64,000 nucleotides of DNA from contig NC_087250.1 in NCBI RefSeq assembly GCF_037042905.1, positions 25,112,001 through 25,176,000 on the forward strand, read 5' to 3'. Below the pieces are notes generated by a model. That model made no database searches. It had not been told where the DNA came from and was given only the letters and a program-made list of their open reading frames with translations. Below, one piece after another: positions 61,626 through 64,000 of the stretch. Within the stretch, counting starts at the first letter, position 1. Each line of letters starts with the position of its first letter. The stretch is from Lytechinus pictus. Lineage: Eukaryota. The position numbers and the translations under genes were made by a program.

Positions 61626-63075
61626 CTTCTTCTTCTCCTCCTTCTCCTTTTCTTTTTTCTTCTCTTTCTTCTACTATTTCTTCTTCTCCTTCTCTTTCTT
61701 CTTTTCCTTCTTTCTTCTCCTCCTTATTTCTTCTCCTCTTTCCTCTTCTCCTTTTCTTTTTTTTCCCTCTTCTTCTTTTTCTCTTTCTTCTCCTTCTCTT
61801 TCTTCTTTTTTTTCTTTCTTCTTCTCCTCTTTCTTCTTCTTTTTCTCTTCTCTTTCTTCTTCTTTTTCTCTATACTTCTCCTCTTTCTCCTTCTTGTTCT
61901 CCTCCTTTCTTCTTCTCCTTGTCAGTACATGTACCTCCTTTCTCTGGTAACTTGCTCTCCATCTCATATTTCTCTCCCCCTCTATCTTGCACACATGACC
62001 TGAAAAGCCTAAAAGCTTTATAAATAAAACTGTGGTAATAACAAGAGTAGGGAAAAGCAGAATTAAAAAAATGAAGACAAATAACTCAACTTGTAAATTA
62101 TAGAATATTAGAAAAAATGAAATTGTAGTGATCACAAACAAATAAAATGAAAGAAACAAACAGAACTTGGGAAAATGTGTACTTTAAAGAAAGAATAGCA
62201 CGACGGAGGATAGAAAAGTGAAGCAGAAGAGAACATGGGGAAAAAATAAAGGAAAACATGAAGGGTTAGAAGCCTGCAGAAGATGAACATATAAAAAGTT
62301 TTAAATTATTGATAAAGTGGGGGGATGATAAGAATTGATCAAAAAGGAGTTTGAAGACTTTGGGGAAAAGAGAGGGTTTCAAAAATATTAAGACAATGAT
62401 GAAGAAAGAGAAAGAGGGGTCAGAAGACAAACAAGAACATAAGGAGGAAGAGAAGAAGGAAGGGGAGGGGCAGAAGGATGAGAAGAAGGAAAACCAGAAG
62501 GGGGAGGGGGAGAGAAGGAGGAGGAAAAGAATAAAGAGGAAGACAAAAAAGAACAGGAGGAGAAAGAGAAGGAGGAGAAAGGGGGAGCAGAACAAGAAGG
62601 AATAGAAGAAGAAGTAGGAGAAAGAAGGGGGAGAAGGAAGGAGAGAGAGGAGAAGAAGGAGGGGGAGAAGGAGGAGAAGAAGAAAGAGGAGGATAAAGAT
62701 GAAGAGAGGTCAGAAGACAAAAAAGAACAGGAGAAGAAGGAGCTGTAGGAGGAGAAAGAGAAGGAGGAGGAGGAGAAAGGAGGGGGAGCAGAACAAGGAG
62801 AAGGAATAGAAGAAGTAGGAGAAAGAAGGGGGAGAAGGAAGGAGAGAGAGGAGAAGAAGAAGGTAAAGACGGAGGAGGAGAAGGAAAAGAAAAAAGAAGG
62901 AGAAGGAAAAGAAGATGGAGGAGGACAAAAAAAGGAAGAAGGAGGAGGAGGGGGTGTAGGAGAAGAGGGGGCGAATGGGGAGAAGAGGAAGAGAAGGATA
63001 AGTAAGATATAGGGAGGATGGAGATCGGGAGAAGGAGAGGAGGGAAGGGGAAAGAGAAGTAGAAAAAGAAGGGTA
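61626..63075. repeat. Pyrimidine-rich tract (61626-61920) and purine-rich minisatellite (62400-63075)
   Basis: (CTT/CTC)n followed by (GAA/GGA)n with an internal duplication (ggtcagaagacaaa at ~62418 and ~62708). Confidence 0.85.
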
Positions 63076-63109
63076 AAGTGAGGGGTAGCAAAGTTCTGGC
63101 AGTTGTTCC

Positions 63110-63300
63110 TCTTTTCATCTTTTTTCTTGTCTTTTTTCCACAAATTAAAGTCAACCGGAGGAGTTTTTAACATTATGCGTATCACCATCTCCAAACTTCC
63201 ACTTTGCAGATCCCCTATTTTCTTTGTTGGCGACTACAGTATGTGTAAGATTTCTGGGCAGAATGCGGAAGGGGTGGATGTTGCCACCCCACCCCCAGTC
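63110..63300 (-). pseudogene. Possible highly decayed hAT C-terminal dimerisation domain
   Basis: DLQSGSLEMVIRIMLKTPPVDFNLWKKDKK resembles the L..lmrI...P..F...W motif; weak. Confidence 0.25.
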
Positions 63301-64000
63301 AAGAGAGTCCATTCCTTGTCTGATGCAGTACAAAACCTCATCTTCAGTTGTGGTCTCTTAACTTTACATCATTCAATTAACATTCCTTATGTTGGGTTGG
63401 CAGTGAAATACATTTTTTTTAATAATACCCTCATTTTGGCAGCTGCTTTTATCATGAGTCATTCAGCTTTAGCAACAAAGCCTAATTTTGAACCCAAAAT
63501 GAAAGTAATTTTCGTTGTGGTTTTTTAGTGTGTACACTTTGTCTCCCATCACAGAAACCGCATAGCGGTTCTGTATAAAGCCTTTTGAGAATTGTGAAAT
63601 GCCATTCTTAGATTTTTGTCCATTTGTTATGTGCCTGTGGATGAGCTCTAAGCATTGAGGTGCCTGTTCAGACTGTAGAAAATTGTTCAAATATTGTGCA
63701 GAAGTTTAGAGTAGAGGAGTTGTTTAGACCAGACCAGTACGTTATACTGCACTTCTGTATTAATAAGCCCTCCTGATTTGTATTACATGTAGATCACTCA
63801 GACAAAAAAGTAACATTAAGGTGTATTGTACAAATATTGTATATAGAACAAAATTATTCCAAAGAAACAAAAAAAAAATTAACCAAAATATACCTTTAGT
63901 ATGCAAATGTTTTAGTTTGAAGAGGTATTGGTTATTAAAACCAGTCTTTGAAATAGGCCTAGTCAGAATTTTGTATCCCTGCCTTTGCAGCCACCATTTA

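Noticed and set aside
61592..63194. Long F/S/L/P- or E/K-rich ORFs
   Set aside because: Artefacts of stop-poor CT/GA low-complexity tracts

Overview
Eukaryotic, AT-rich, intron-containing animal DNA. The repeat families suggest a sea urchin or other echinoderm (inference). (1) 1489-21080 (+): a 13-exon gene, assembled by hand with consistent GT-AG phases (4221 nt, ~1406 aa). It encodes a SEC14/CRAL-TRIO domain, spectrin repeats and a long disordered tail, resembling SESTD1 or the Trio/MCF2L N-terminus but with no DH-PH GEF module. (2) ~21.9-34.7 kb: a dense mosaic of decayed fragments from several unrelated DNA-transposon and cargo gene families: Myb/SANT, hAT-like, three Harbinger/HARBI1 pieces, a HIN-200-like OB-fold gene, MULE, a P2X7-ballast-like zinc domain and a GDKGG-type DDE transposase. 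Every fragment I can identify lies on the minus strand, the pattern expected of a uni-strand piRNA-cluster-like TE trap. (3) 50778-42106 (-): a 7-coding-exon uncharacterised gene (~450 aa) behind a CpG/CCAAT promoter that is probably bidirectional. (4) Many MITEs, SINEs, LINE ends and simple repeats. All calls come from reading motifs by eye; no database searches were run.
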